NCBI GenBank assembly: GCA_002811645.1
Contig: PDIP01000069.1
Location: 18,618-82,617, forward strand
Source of the DNA: Corallochytrium limacisporum Hawaii
Lineage: Eukaryota; Protista; Pluriformea
Length of the DNA stretch: 64,000 nt
Direction of reading: 5' to 3'
Part shown: positions 31,837 to 42,878 of the stretch, piece after piece
Layout of the letters: each line of letters opens with the position of its first letter
How positions within the stretch are numbered: position 1 is the first letter of the stretch
Made by a program: the position numbers and the translations under genes
The notes under the pieces: model-generated
Told to the model about the DNA's origin: nothing
Databases searched by the model: none
What the model saw: only the letters and a program-made list of their open reading frames with translations

Positions 31837-32910
31837 CATGGAGAAGTGTTGGTATTCTTGCATTGCAGGACCAACTGGTAAAACCTTACCATGCTTTGCG
31901 TGCGTGTGGTATGTTTCTATTGTAACAACCTAAGAAACGATGGCTATGCACACGTGTCTGGGTGTTTGTATGCGTGAAGAGATCTATGCGTTTTCCTTTA
32001 TGTCTGCCGTTCCTTGTTTTGTGCAGTGAGCCATTCTCCCGTGTTCCTCGATGATTGTGAGTGTGTAGGATAGAATTTGCTTCGGATTTTCTCACAGAGT
32101 TCCATAGGGGTCGTTAGCTGCCAGTACAAATAGGTAGAACACATTCGTAGACCTGAGAAACTGAGAAACATAGTCTATTCTTTTGATTTTTTGTGTGCAA
32201 CTACTTCTGAGCTGTTGTGGACAATGTGCTCCGTACTTAGGGGCGGTCACTTCAGGACGTAACAACTAACCGCCCACTACTCGTATAATGAATCTACCAA
32301 ATTTCGTGTGTGGGAAACTTTGTGGATAACGGCAATGGTGCAGGAAACAGAATCATTCTTCGGGAGACGACAGAGGAACAGGAAACGAAACAGGAGGTTT
32401 CACCGTTTCCTATACTTTTTATATGGCAGAATGCTGGCAACAGGGAACAAGTGTTCACTGATTATTCGTTCAGAACCGGGTTTTGCAAGCTTTTCGCAAT
32501 TGAAAATTTAATTGCCACGGAGAAGTCCGCTTGGTTGAAGGTAGGCGGACCTCCAGCAAGCTCTGCGACAAAAAAAAAATTACGGCCACGGTTCAGTTTC
32601 ATGGTGGCGGAGATCGACGAAAAGGTGCCGATCCTCGAGATCTGGCCGGGACGACGGAGTGTAGGTGAAGATTGGCATTGATGAGATGGAGATGGACTGA
32701 CAGAGACGGTATGTTCCGTATGGAGTCACAGATGTCCACACGCATTTCGGGATCATGTTCATATACACATGTGGGAACCACAGAAATCTACGCTATGACT
32801 GATTCGTCCGGATGTGGATGGACTATTGAATGTAAGCATCTAATGGAAAATTGACATGCTCAGCATGTCGATTACAATGTCGTCGATTCTGCGATTGTGC
32901 AGTTCTCATT

Positions 32911-34356
32911 CTAGTCAGCAATCACTGCCTTGTCGGATGAAGTGTCCATCCATACTTCTGTGGACTCCGCAGAGAAATCCGATATTGACCGAGCAAATGC
33001 ATACCTGCCCCTTGCAATGATCAGCGCAACGCCGCTGAAGAAAACGCCGAGACAGGCCCATATGAGAGCTAAGCGGTAGGCCCACTCAACACCACCGCCA
33101 ATCTGTGCAGCTAGTCCACACAGGAACGGGCCCAGGAAGAAACCGAATATATTCAAGAACACCGCAGATACACTGCTTGCCATGGACCGGAAGGCACGAG
33201 GGGCAGAATTTATGATCAGGCCAGTGGCTATGGGCACCACAGAGCCGCCGAAGAACAGCAGGCCCCACAACCCAATGACGACACCGATTAAATTCATGAC
33301 CAGCAGAGCAGGCACCGTACACGCGCAGGCAGCCAAGGCCAGACCAAAAACTGTTCCGACCGGCACAGCGACCTGGGCACCAGCATATCCCCCGAGACGG
33401 TCCATGAACCATCCGCCAAAGATGACACCGCCAATCGGAGCGGTGGCGGAGACAAAGGAGAATGAGTAAATGACTTCGGCACGCGGGATCTCCACGTACG
33501 TCTCCAGGTATGGCGTGACCCAGAGCTGAATCCCGGTCACCACAAAATAGACGGTGCACAGACACAGCACCATGCCGATATACATACCGTCCTTGAGGAC
33601 ATGGACGGCCTGCTGGAACAATGACATGTTGTAGAGTTCCCTGTTCTGCTTATGTTCCTGAGTGAGTTCCTCGGACTGTTCCTCGAATTGTTGGTCCAGG
33701 TCCAGCAGACGGTGTGGTACAAAGAATAAAGACAGGACTGGAAGGAAAAGGGCACCGACCTGAACATAGAAGGGCACTCGCCAGTCCACGTCAGCATGCG
33801 TTGTCAGGGCTCCAGCTATGATGTACCCCAGAGTAATGCCAATGGGCACACCAGCTTGGATAATACCCATCCAGATTGTACTCTTGGCTTCCGGCGAGAA
33901 TTCATGCACCCAGACGGGCATGTAGACGACCATGGGCGCTTGTGTGATGCCAATGCAAAGCCGACTAAGCATCATGGTGTTTGCATCCGGACTAATTGCA
34001 AACATTATGTTGGCAATGACATTGGCAATCATGCTATACGCAATGACCCGCCGTGTGTGGTACTTTTTAAACAGGGGGCTAGCGCTAAAGGACCCGACAC
34101 ACAGACCCAGATATGTCATGCTGGCCAAACTTCCAGTTCTTGCAAAGCTCATGTTCATCTCGGCCATGATTCGGGTGACATTTGCAGCAATGGCACCCGC
34201 ATCAAAGTTGATCAGGATGTTTATGATACATAGTGCGGCAAACATGCCTTTCCTATCGCGCAGTGGCTGTAAGCTACCCACATTCTCTGTCAGAGACGAC
34301 TCGGACCCCACGGACGCTCCCGAAGCCCGAGAAGTATCTACTACCTTCGCGCCCAT
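32911..34356 (-). CDS. MFS transporter, Spinster-like
   Basis: About 12 hydrophobic segments; INILINFDAGAIAA, SRLCIGITQA, GITLGYIIAG, WRVPFYVQ, GVIFGGWFMDRLGG. Confidence 0.88.
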   Translation of the reverse strand: MGAKVVDTSRASGASVGSESSLTENVGSLQPLRDRKGMFAALCIINILINFDAGAIAANVTRIMAEMNMSFARTGSLASMTYLGLCVGSFSASPLFKKYHTRRVIAYSMIANVIANIMFAISPDANTMMLSRLCIGITQAPMVVYMPVWVHEFSPEAKSTIWMGIIQAGVPIGITLGYIIAGALTTHADVDWRVPFYVQVGALFLPVLSLFFVPHRLLDLDQQFEEQSEELTQEHKQNRELYNMSLFQQAVHVLKDGMYIGMVLCLCTVYFVVTGIQLWVTPYLETYVEIPRAEVIYSFSFVSATAPIGGVIFGGWFMDRLGGYAGAQVAVPVGTVFGLALAACACTVPALLVMNLIGVVIGLWGLLFFGGSVVPIATGLIINSAPRAFRSMASSVSAVFLNIFGFFLGPFLCGLAAQIGGGVEWAYRLALIWACLGVFFSGVALIIARGRYAFARSISDFSAESTEVWMDTSSDKAVIAD

Positions 34357-34790
34357 GCCGAAGTTCTCTGTAAGTGATGGATGGAGGATTGGCTGAACCT
34401 TCCTATCGATATCTGACGCTAAATCACCGCACAGTGTCGTTTTGGTCTCATTTTCTTAGCGAATCTTCCCGAAGAGCTTTGTTTAGTACCTTGCTTTATT
34501 GTATAATTGAGCAAACTACGTCAGAGAAGCCTATAGATTTCGAAGCATAATGTTGCATGTACTACCTTGAGGTGCATCTGGTGATATGTGTCTAGCAGGT
34601 CGTGGGTCATCAGCAGAAGTATGATACTTCATTCCACTTCATCTGTGATCACGAAGAAACTTCAGTAAGTTTGTCTTCTACACAGAGGCGCATCCAAGGA
34701 AGAACGTCACCATCATGATGGACATTTCAACCACAATCCTTTCCCATTCTGTCCCTCTCGCGCGGAACAAGCAGGGAACCCCCTATCGCT

Positions 34791-35176
34791 ACCATTGCGG
34801 TTGGGAGGGGGTCCTCGCCGTACTGAAAGAACCGGGAACTCGGTGAGCACGTACGGTCGCCACTTCGATTTCGTCCCCCCCCCTCCCCAACCACAAGACT
34901 GAGAATGGTGAAGACCGGGGGAAAGGGAGGAGAGCTGCCCCGGGTCTCTTCCCTTTCTCCCTTTCGGAGACTTTCCTAAGCAAGGGTGCCATATGTTCAC
35001 TATCGAATTGCGATGGAGATGACGCAATCGATGGAATCGCCGGACTCCCCTCTCCCTCCCCCGACCCCGGGGGCCGCCGGGGGTTCCCCGTTGTGCACCC
35101 GTCGTCCCACAGCGGGTTCCCCTTACTCGGGGCCTTCCAAGCAGTGGGGTGGGGTTGCTGGGCAGGGCAACCCCAC
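34791..35176. other. Cluster of strong stem-loops upstream of the MFS gene
   Basis: Stems 34799-34811/34879-34892, 34817-34823/34851-34857, 34918-34933/34945-34960 (16 bp) and 35149-35159/35166-35176 (11 bp). Confidence 0.7.
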
Positions 35177-36035
35177 GCATTCTCCGTGGTCATTTGTAGC
35201 AGATCCCGAAAATGATGTTTCTCTAGTATAGTGTACAAGTACCCTGTAAATACAAGAAGTAGGTCTCGCAGCTATCCCTCCGTGGAGTACCCTCAGCGAG
35301 AAATCAGTGGGCACGGCGAAGATATGCACCAAGCGGATTGCATAGTAATACTAGTATGATACGATGTCGATTCCTTCTTCCCAGGCCCGACAAAGCGGGC
35401 GGACGTTCACAACTACGCACTGTAGAAGAACCCGGTTTGACGGGCTCCCTTCGTCCCCAGACCAATAATATGGCAAGGGAAGCCAATATCCGAGTGAAGG
35501 CGCAGCGAGGAATGGAATCGGGTGTTGGGTGCGAATAAGGGGAAATCCAACGGTCACACACAACACAACAACCGTCCCCCCCCCTTTTCCCTAGTTGGCT
35601 GGTCAAACCCAGTCCAATTCAAAATAATGATAAGGAGATTTAGGTTATCAGGTTATCATTCCCGTCACCCAATGGGCCCCTCTGTTTGCCACACAAAGTA
35701 CCACCACCATCTAAAGGTTTTTCTGTAGTGGTGGTGGTGGTAGTACATACACAGTTGCCCGGGGTTCGCACCGTTCATTGTGACGCTCAGTTTAAAACAA
35801 CAGCCCAAAGAAGAGAGATAGCGACGGTCCGGGTATCGGGTACCAATATTTTCTACTTGCGGCTGGACCGGCCCCAAAGGGCCGAAAACAAGAAAAAGAA
35901 AAACGGCCTTGGAACCATGGGACCGGGCCCCTCCGCTCCTCGGTCTCTACCACGGACCCCTGGAGTACCAAACCAACCCCCCCCCCCCCCCCAAAAATTT
36001 TAACAGCCCTTTGGGGGGGGGGGGGGGGGGGGGGG

Positions 36036-36100
36036 NNNNNNNNNNNNNNNNNNNNNNNNNNNNNNNNNNNNNNNNNNNNNNNNNNNNNNNNNNNNNNNNN
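36036..36100. other. Assembly gap (N) flanked by poly-G and poly-C
   Basis: N run. Confidence 0.99.
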
Positions 36101-36407
36101 CCCCCCCCCCCCCCGAAAATGATGTCAACTGCCTTGTGAGGGGGTGTGGGGTGGTGGGGAATTGGCGCCGGGCTTCGTTGGCTCTGTCTGAAGCCGGCAG
36201 AAAAATGACCGGAAGGAGTCGGCGAAGATAGGCGGGCAAAACGTACTCACGACCGGAGGAAGTGAAGGTCAAGAGAAGAGGGACGGCCCCCCCCCGCCGG
36301 GGGGGGGGTGTAAAAATAAGGAAAGAGAACGTAAGGGGCGCGCGGAGTGAAGCCAGCGGCTGGGCTGTTTGCTAGTGGCCCCCCCCCCCCGGGGGCCTCC
36401 CTGCTTG

Positions 36408-36649
36408 NNNNNNNNNNNNNNNNNNNNNNNNNNNNNNNNNNNNNNNNNNNNNNNNNNNNNNNNNNNNNNNNNNNNNNNNNNNNNNNNNNNNNNNNNNNNN
36501 NNNNNNNNNNNNNNNNNNNNNNNNNNNNNNNNNNNNNNNNNNNNNNNNNNNNNNNNNNNNNNNNNNNNNNNNNNNNNNNNNNNNNNNNNNNNNNNNNNNN
36601 NNNNNNNNNNNNNNNNNNNNNNNNNNNNNNNNNNNNNNNNNNNNNNNNN
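36408..36649. other. Assembly gap (N)
   Basis: N run. Confidence 0.99.
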
Positions 36650-37021
36650 GAGAGACTGAGGCTCAAAGGGGGCAGGGCGGGGGGGGGGCCAAATCCCAGA
36701 GTTCGCGCGCTTTAGCCAAAAGGAAAATAGCCGAGGCTTGTTCGTACACCCTGTGTGAGTTTGGACGGTTTCTTGTGTGTAGTGTGTGTGGTCAGTGTGT
36801 TTGGATCACATCACTCGCAAGTGCACTTGGGAGTTGCACGGTAGAGCAATCAGCGCCGGCGAGAAGTAACAACTGGTCCGTGGCCGATTTCCCTTTCTTT
36901 GAGGGAGTGTGCGTTGAGTTTTGTGTTCGCTTCATGTTTAATTTTATATAGAGATTGGCTGGGTTTCTGCACTGTTGCGTTGGGCAAGATGGATAAATGC
37001 GTGGGCACCTTCAAGAACCGG

Positions 37022-37079
37022 GAACGGGAATGCGGAAGCGTCCGGCGGGTTCGGATGTGACTTTCGCATTCCCTAGTTC
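37022..37079 (+). other. 58-nt hairpin upstream of TMEM11
   Basis: GGGAATGCGGAAG/CTTTCGCATTCCC (13 bp) plus CGTCCGG/TCGGATG (7 bp) and GAAC/GTTC. Confidence 0.7.
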
Positions 37080-37685
37080 GTGTTGGTACATACAAATTCT
37101 TGACGTGTACGGACTGTTCGTAAAGTGTATCACTGAGGAAACCATAATGTGCTAAATGCTAGCTTGCCGAGCGCGACCTCGCAAATTTGTTCAGGCTGCT
37201 TCCCGGATTCTCTTTTGGTATTTCAAAGTCGACATCAAATCGTCGGAACCAATGATCTTCCGTCTGCCATACACCACATACCAAAAGACTTGCCGTCGAA
37301 CTTTAGTGTGTGTAAATCTCGTGACAGTTTCTCTTTCCAGTTTCTCTTTGATACTTTGTTATCTTTGTGCTTTTGAAGGAATAGCCAGCTCAAAACGGAT
37401 CAGAGAGCAGGCCTTCTTTTGCGTGAAGAATACATCCTGCGCAAACAGAATAGAGCAGCAGTTTCGTTCTGACTCAGTCAGAACTTGGGCGCAACGAACT
37501 TGCAGGGATAGAAAGAGGACTTTGGTTTGGTTTCGACAGGTGCGAAATTCTGGTTAACAGTCCCTTTTTTGTTTGTTGTACTAGTAGTGATCTTCGGCAT
37601 CACACTGTAAGACAAGGTCAAGGTCTCCAAGTGTAAGCAACAGCCAGTTGAAACAGCAGCAAGGTTTGGCTTATCATTCACAATT

Positions 37686-38339
37686 ATGGTACGTGTGGGC
37701 TCGGAATTGCAATCACCCGGCTCCAGTGGCTCTGGGGAAAAATCGTCTAACTTTAGCGAAGGCGGTGAGGACGACAACATTTGGATCATAATTTACCAGT
37801 GCGATCCCGAATTCACTGCCGATGCCGAATTGGAACTGGAAGAGGCTCTGGCCAAGAAGGTTGGAGTGATTGTGATCGACCACCGTGATTTGGGAGAACG
37901 CATCACGGCTGCTATTCGTCTCGGGAATTTGGTACACAAAACTGCGGTCCTCAGTGGGCTGGCCTGCATCTTCAGCGCGTCTTTCGGAAGACTGCTTCCC
38001 ATTGACTTCTACTACTTTGGATTGCCAGCCGGGCTGGTGTCTATGGCCTGTGCTGCATTCTACGATCTCAGCTGGCAGAGTGACCCTGCCTGCAAGTACC
38101 AGGAGGACTGGGAAGGAACATCGCTACTGGATGTTCCTCTGGAGAACATTGAGAGCCCATCACCGGTTGTGCTGGTGCGCAGAGATGACACATACCGCAA
38201 GATCCTACACAACTTTATGAGTCTCAGTGCAGCACTGTTCTGCGGTGCAAAATTGTACAACGTTTGGCAGCGGATTTCATCTAGGGTGGGCAGCAGAGCT
38301 GCTGCCTCACCCCAAGTCACGGTCGGAATGAACATCTAA
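37686..38339 (+). CDS. TMEM11: Mitochondrial transmembrane protein 11 (PMI)
   Basis: ELEEAL, GNLVHKTAVLSGLAC, LPAGLVSMACAAFYDLSWQSDPACKYQ and SPVVLVRRDDTYRKILHN closely match the TMEM11 pattern as I recall it (GNCLHKTAVLAG, SWQFDPCCKYQ, PVVLVRKDD..RK.LHN). Confidence 0.93.
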   Translation: MVRVGSELQSPGSSGSGEKSSNFSEGGEDDNIWIIIYQCDPEFTADAELELEEALAKKVGVIVIDHRDLGERITAAIRLGNLVHKTAVLSGLACIFSASFGRLLPIDFYYFGLPAGLVSMACAAFYDLSWQSDPACKYQEDWEGTSLLDVPLENIESPSPVVLVRRDDTYRKILHNFMSLSAALFCGAKLYNVWQRISSRVGSRAAASPQVTVGMNI

Positions 38340-38777
38340 TAGAAGAAAGCAAACTGAAAGACGAACGAAGACACGAAGCAGACGGACTTACGGAAGTCAT
38401 TCTATTGAAGCAGAACAACAGGATCAAGGAAAGAACGGGGAAGGTGGAATTACAGTGCGAGACGAGGAAGACCTCTGATTGACAAGAACATTGGCGACGG
38501 AGGAATCCCATAACTCGTTGCGGAGAATCATGGCAAGCATTGCAAGATCGCAGGCTGTCTTAGATGATCGATTCGGCTGGGTGGCGATTCGAAAGGCTCA
38601 CAGCACTCCTCTCCATTTGACTCTTTTATTTATACCAACTTTAACTTTTTATCTGATTTGCACTGAACCACCAGTGATGTGAGCAAATCTCAGAAAATAA
38701 GATCGCTTAAAATCTTGTATATAAGGCAAAACAATAACACTTTCATGTTTCTTCAAAGTGTGACACGTGGTGTTCAC

Positions 38778-41700
38778 TCACTGGATCTTTATGTACGCCG
38801 GCGGATCAATGCGGTTCTTGACCACTTTGATTATCCACAAGGGGGTCACACTGATAGCTGTGATCACCACAACTTTCCACCAGAATTCACCAGTCTTGAT
38901 AAAGTCCAGATCAAAGTACGTGGGCAGGAATACGATGCTAATCATGTAGATAACCAGACTGAGCAATTCCGCGAGGATCATTGTCCAGTGCCAGCGGTGC
39001 ACTCGGAGTGCCACCACTATCAGTTCTGTTAGGATTAGCGACGTGAAAGTAATGCTTACAATATGGAGCATTTCACTCTCAAACAGGAACAGAGCACCGA
39101 GCATAATTGCCGACCCCTGGTACACAGACACCAGGAACCAGCCCAAAAAGGTTTTCAGGCTCAGACTGCGACCCTTCACCAAGTCCTTGTACAGTTCCGG
39201 GAAAAGCAGGGCTTGCTCTGCATTCATATCCTCGTCTAGGACCAGTGAGAACACTGGCATCATGGTATAGACAGTGGCATAGCCCACGAGTAGCGCCCCC
39301 TGGTATATGGGCACAGCGGCGTAATAGAAGGTCGCACTAAAGATCGCCTGAATCACACTGATGATCAGACCACGATGAATCACAAACTGCGACAGCGATG
39401 CACTTCGGCGGTAAGCATTGTGTCCGTGCCAAAGCAGCAGACGGGCGAGGTAGCGAAAAGACCCAATGCTAAAATCTGAAGCCAGACTGGCCTGCATCCC
39501 TTCCTTGCCGACCATACCAATGCCGACATCTGCAGCCTGAATCATGCTAACATCATTGCCACCATCCCCTATGGCGGCGGCGATCTTGTGGGTGTAGGAT
39601 TTGACCAGAGTCGTAACCTCGGCCTTCTGAGTGGGACTGCATCGACAGGCCACCACTGTGGCCGCTTGACTGGCCAACGCGATAAAATCTTCCTGCAGTC
39701 GACCGCTCAAACAAATTGCCAGAGACTGTCCGTCAATGATCAGCGGTGCACCCGTCTTGCGCGCGTATTCGTTGAGGGCGGCATGGGCCTCGGCGGCTGT
39801 GGTCAGTCCCTGGATGGTGTGAAAAGGTGACTTGCGGTCAATCAATCGACTGCTCTGTGCAATATTCGTGGCAGTCTCCACCTTGTCACCGGTAAGCATC
39901 CAAATGCGAATGCCTGCGTTCCGGATCAACTCGATTGTTTGTTTAACATCTTCTTGTAACCGGTCTTCCACACCAGTTAATGCCAGGAGCTGCAGATCGC
40001 TCTCAATCTCCGCGATGGCATCACTAATTTTTACATTTCGATCGACCATGGCGGCTCGGGCACTCTTCATGGACGCTGCAAACGAGCGGTAGCGTTCCTT
40101 CGAGAGTTCGGAGCGCCCAAAGACGAGGGTGCGTAAGCCCTCGCGGGCCATATTGTCCGCCTCTTCGGCGAGCCAATCGTTGGCTGTAACGATTTGTGCC
40201 ATGACACTATCAGCGCCTTTCATGTAGAAGAAAATACGGTCCGTCTGCTCGTCACGCACAATGATCCCCATACGCTTGCGTTCAGAACTGAAAGGGAAAG
40301 TGTCCAGGATTTGGTAATGATACTGCTGACCTGATTTGGTGTTCATGGTACCATTGTTAACCTTCTTCAGAGACGTTACACCGGGGATGCTAAATTGTTC
40401 ATCGGTAACGGAACCCGATCCCAATTCTAGAGTCATGCTCGTGAGGTCACGATAGTGCAATCGCAGGCCAACACCCTCCGCAAATTCCACCAGTGCAATC
40501 TCATCTGGACTGGATGCTTGATAGCTTACACCAGTGATTGTATCAACCGGCGTGACATTGTGGCACAGTGCCATGGCTACGATAGCATCCGTCACATACG
40601 GGGCCTGTAGATTAGCTCGCCGAGTTGGTTTGATGGTTGTTGATGATGTCTGGACTGGAGCAGCCGGTGTGGTGGTGGTCACAATTGCGTCAACGCTGTC
40701 CAAACTTCCCAAGAGATTGCCAACAGCCTGTGTAGTCTTGTTTTTGTCACCGTTGTCGCTATAGTCATGCTGCTGCCGCTGCTGCTGGTGGCGGGGTAGC
40801 GATTGTTGTCCCTGTTGCGCCAATTCGGACTGCCGACGCTCCAATTCTTCCTTGAGCACTACTGACACATCGTCGAACGCCTCCGAGTCATAGGACGTCA
40901 GGCCAATGTGGAACTTGCGGAAAATCATTTCATTCCGCGTCAGGGTACCTGTCTTGTCTGTCAGCAGGTACTGCACCCGTCCCAGTTCTTCTGGCAAGTT
41001 GCTGTTTCTAACCACGGTGTTCGGAATCTCATCGTCCTTCATTATGAAATAACTATGCACGATTTTAGCCATATCCAGGTTGACGCGCAGAGAGATGGGA
41101 ATGATCTGGCTGAAGAGGAGGACAAATCTGAAGAGCACAATGTACCAAACTCCATAGAACCCGCGGAGGATGACCATCATCAGGGCCATGAGCAGTGTGA
41201 ACACAAATAGAATCTTTGACAGGTCATTGACCTGTGTGTCAAAACGACCAAACTTGGACGGTACCGACGAGTTATTCATGGCAGCACGAGTCTCTGGGCC
41301 AGTGTAGATGACAAGGCCTATTGCCGTGCCTGCCGATAACACGGTGTTGGCCCAGAGCGTGTTTTCAATGCTGAGTGGGTCTTCAGATGGGGCGTTGGGG
41401 CCATGTTCTTCTGCTGCTGTCGACGACTGGCGGTGAATCATCATGCCACCCTGCCCTTGACTTCCACTGGTACTGGTACTAATGTTGCTCCGCTTGAGCT
41501 GGGTTTCCGTCCGCTGCTGACCATGGCTTGCAGTGCTGAATGACTGCATTTCCACACCATGGCCTGGGTACTCGTGCATACTTCCATGGTCACCATGGTC
41601 GCCAACAAAGTCCTCATCATCCACTAAGAACTGGTCTTCATGGTGTCCTATGCTCCCGCGCTCATGCGACGCGCGGCTCTGCGTACCGTGCCGAGAGTGG

Positions 41701-42878
41701 TGATGGCTGCCGTTCCGCAGGGGCGCGGCAAACGATGCCGATCCTCCGACAGTGTCACCCGATGAGGATGGTCCTTTAGCGTAGCCTTTGTTGCGTAGCA
41801 TCCGCCCAACGAACGAATGGATGTTCTGATTCGGCGGCTCCGCTTCCACTACCGTGTCTCTGAGCCTGAGCACTTCCATGTCGTTGCGCAGACTCTGAGT
41901 TACGGGACATGCAAGTCGAATCTTCCAGTCCGTCTCACCGTCTAGTTGGTCGGTACGAATGAAGCAAGCGCCCGAAGCATCGCTGGTGCGCAGCAGCACG
42001 CAGTCCGCAGGCACCCGTTGATCCTTCTGCAATACCAGGAGCTGCCCCACACGGACATCCTCGGATCTGAGGGGCACGCTGCCGTCGGGGGTCAGCTGCG
42101 TGAACTCTTCTCTGTTAATCCGTCGGTCACGCTGGAATCGCAGAATGTCGTCGTAGATTTCCTTGGCCATCGTAACGCTTATCACGAAGGCTAGTGGGCC
42201 CCAGTAAGTATACAGGTACCCTATTCGCAGAGCTGGAATGAACTGGCTTAAGCAAATGACCAGGAAATAAAAGTTAAGAAAGTAACGAAATTGCTCCCAA
42301 AGCACTTTAGGCAGGAACGTAAACACCGAGTATTTGGTATTATTGATACCATTTGACGGATAGTCAGGGCGTCGTTGTGGTGCATCAACCAAAAACCCAC
42401 CGTCCTCTACTCCAGTGGCGCTCTTTTTACGTCCGCCGTGTGCTGCCCGACCGTTCGCATTGATCACACGTGCAGATGTCAGAGACAGGCGGCTGCGGCC
42501 GAAGCAGCGAAGCCAAAAGCAGCCACGGTGATTCCTTCCCTTACCACTAAACATCTCGGACCCACTGGTCCCTAATGCTTCGTCCATCTGTGCCTCACTG
42601 CTTAAGAGTATGGAAGGATTGTCTCCTTGGTCTCCGATCCCGGGCGTGTTGGCTCCTGACATTCGCGGGTCCATGTCATCGTCGTAATGGTCCATATCAT
42701 GCCCATCTCCAGACATTCCTCGCTGCAGTCCTCCTTCATTGCCAACTGTTTCATATCCATCGCTACCGGCCGACGGTCCTTCGTCGAAGCGGTGGTATCC
42801 GCGTCTGTTTTGAAACAACGACCGTGTTGCGTTGAAACGATTGCTACGCTGACTATTATAGTAGCCTGACCCACTCAT
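38778..42878 (-). CDS. ATP9: P4-ATPase phospholipid flippase, class II (ATP9/Neo1)
   Basis: FIRTDQLDGETDWK, IIPISLRVNLD, DKTGTLT, YQASSPDE, WMLTGDK, CRCSPTQKA, IGDGGNDVSMIQ, QFVIHRG. Confidence 0.95.
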   Translation of the reverse strand: MSGSGYYNSQRSNRFNATRSLFQNRRGYHRFDEGPSAGSDGYETVGNEGGLQRGMSGDGHDMDHYDDDMDPRMSGANTPGIGDQGDNPSILLSSEAQMDEALGTSGSEMFSGKGRNHRGCFWLRCFGRSRLSLTSARVINANGRAAHGGRKKSATGVEDGGFLVDAPQRRPDYPSNGINNTKYSVFTFLPKVLWEQFRYFLNFYFLVICLSQFIPALRIGYLYTYWGPLAFVISVTMAKEIYDDILRFQRDRRINREEFTQLTPDGSVPLRSEDVRVGQLLVLQKDQRVPADCVLLRTSDASGACFIRTDQLDGETDWKIRLACPVTQSLRNDMEVLRLRDTVVEAEPPNQNIHSFVGRMLRNKGYAKGPSSSGDTVGGSASFAAPLRNGSHHHSRHGTQSRASHERGSIGHHEDQFLVDDEDFVGDHGDHGSMHEYPGHGVEMQSFSTASHGQQRTETQLKRSNISTSTSGSQGQGGMMIHRQSSTAAEEHGPNAPSEDPLSIENTLWANTVLSAGTAIGLVIYTGPETRAAMNNSSVPSKFGRFDTQVNDLSKILFVFTLLMALMMVILRGFYGVWYIVLFRFVLLFSQIIPISLRVNLDMAKIVHSYFIMKDDEIPNTVVRNSNLPEELGRVQYLLTDKTGTLTRNEMIFRKFHIGLTSYDSEAFDDVSVVLKEELERRQSELAQQGQQSLPRHQQQRQQHDYSDNGDKNKTTQAVGNLLGSLDSVDAIVTTTTPAAPVQTSSTTIKPTRRANLQAPYVTDAIVAMALCHNVTPVDTITGVSYQASSPDEIALVEFAEGVGLRLHYRDLTSMTLELGSGSVTDEQFSIPGVTSLKKVNNGTMNTKSGQQYHYQILDTFPFSSERKRMGIIVRDEQTDRIFFYMKGADSVMAQIVTANDWLAEEADNMAREGLRTLVFGRSELSKERYRSFAASMKSARAAMVDRNVKISDAIAEIESDLQLLALTGVEDRLQEDVKQTIELIRNAGIRIWMLTGDKVETATNIAQSSRLIDRKSPFHTIQGLTTAAEAHAALNEYARKTGAPLIIDGQSLAICLSGRLQEDFIALASQAATVVACRCSPTQKAEVTTLVKSYTHKIAAAIGDGGNDVSMIQAADVGIGMVGKEGMQASLASDFSIGSFRYLARLLLWHGHNAYRRSASLSQFVIHRGLIISVIQAIFSATFYYAAVPIYQGALLVGYATVYTMMPVFSLVLDEDMNAEQALLFPELYKDLVKGRSLSLKTFLGWFLVSVYQGSAIMLGALFLFESEMLHIVSITFTSLILTELIVVALRVHRWHWTMILAELLSLVIYMISIVFLPTYFDLDFIKTGEFWWKVVVITAISVTPLWIIKVVKNRIDPPAYIKIQ

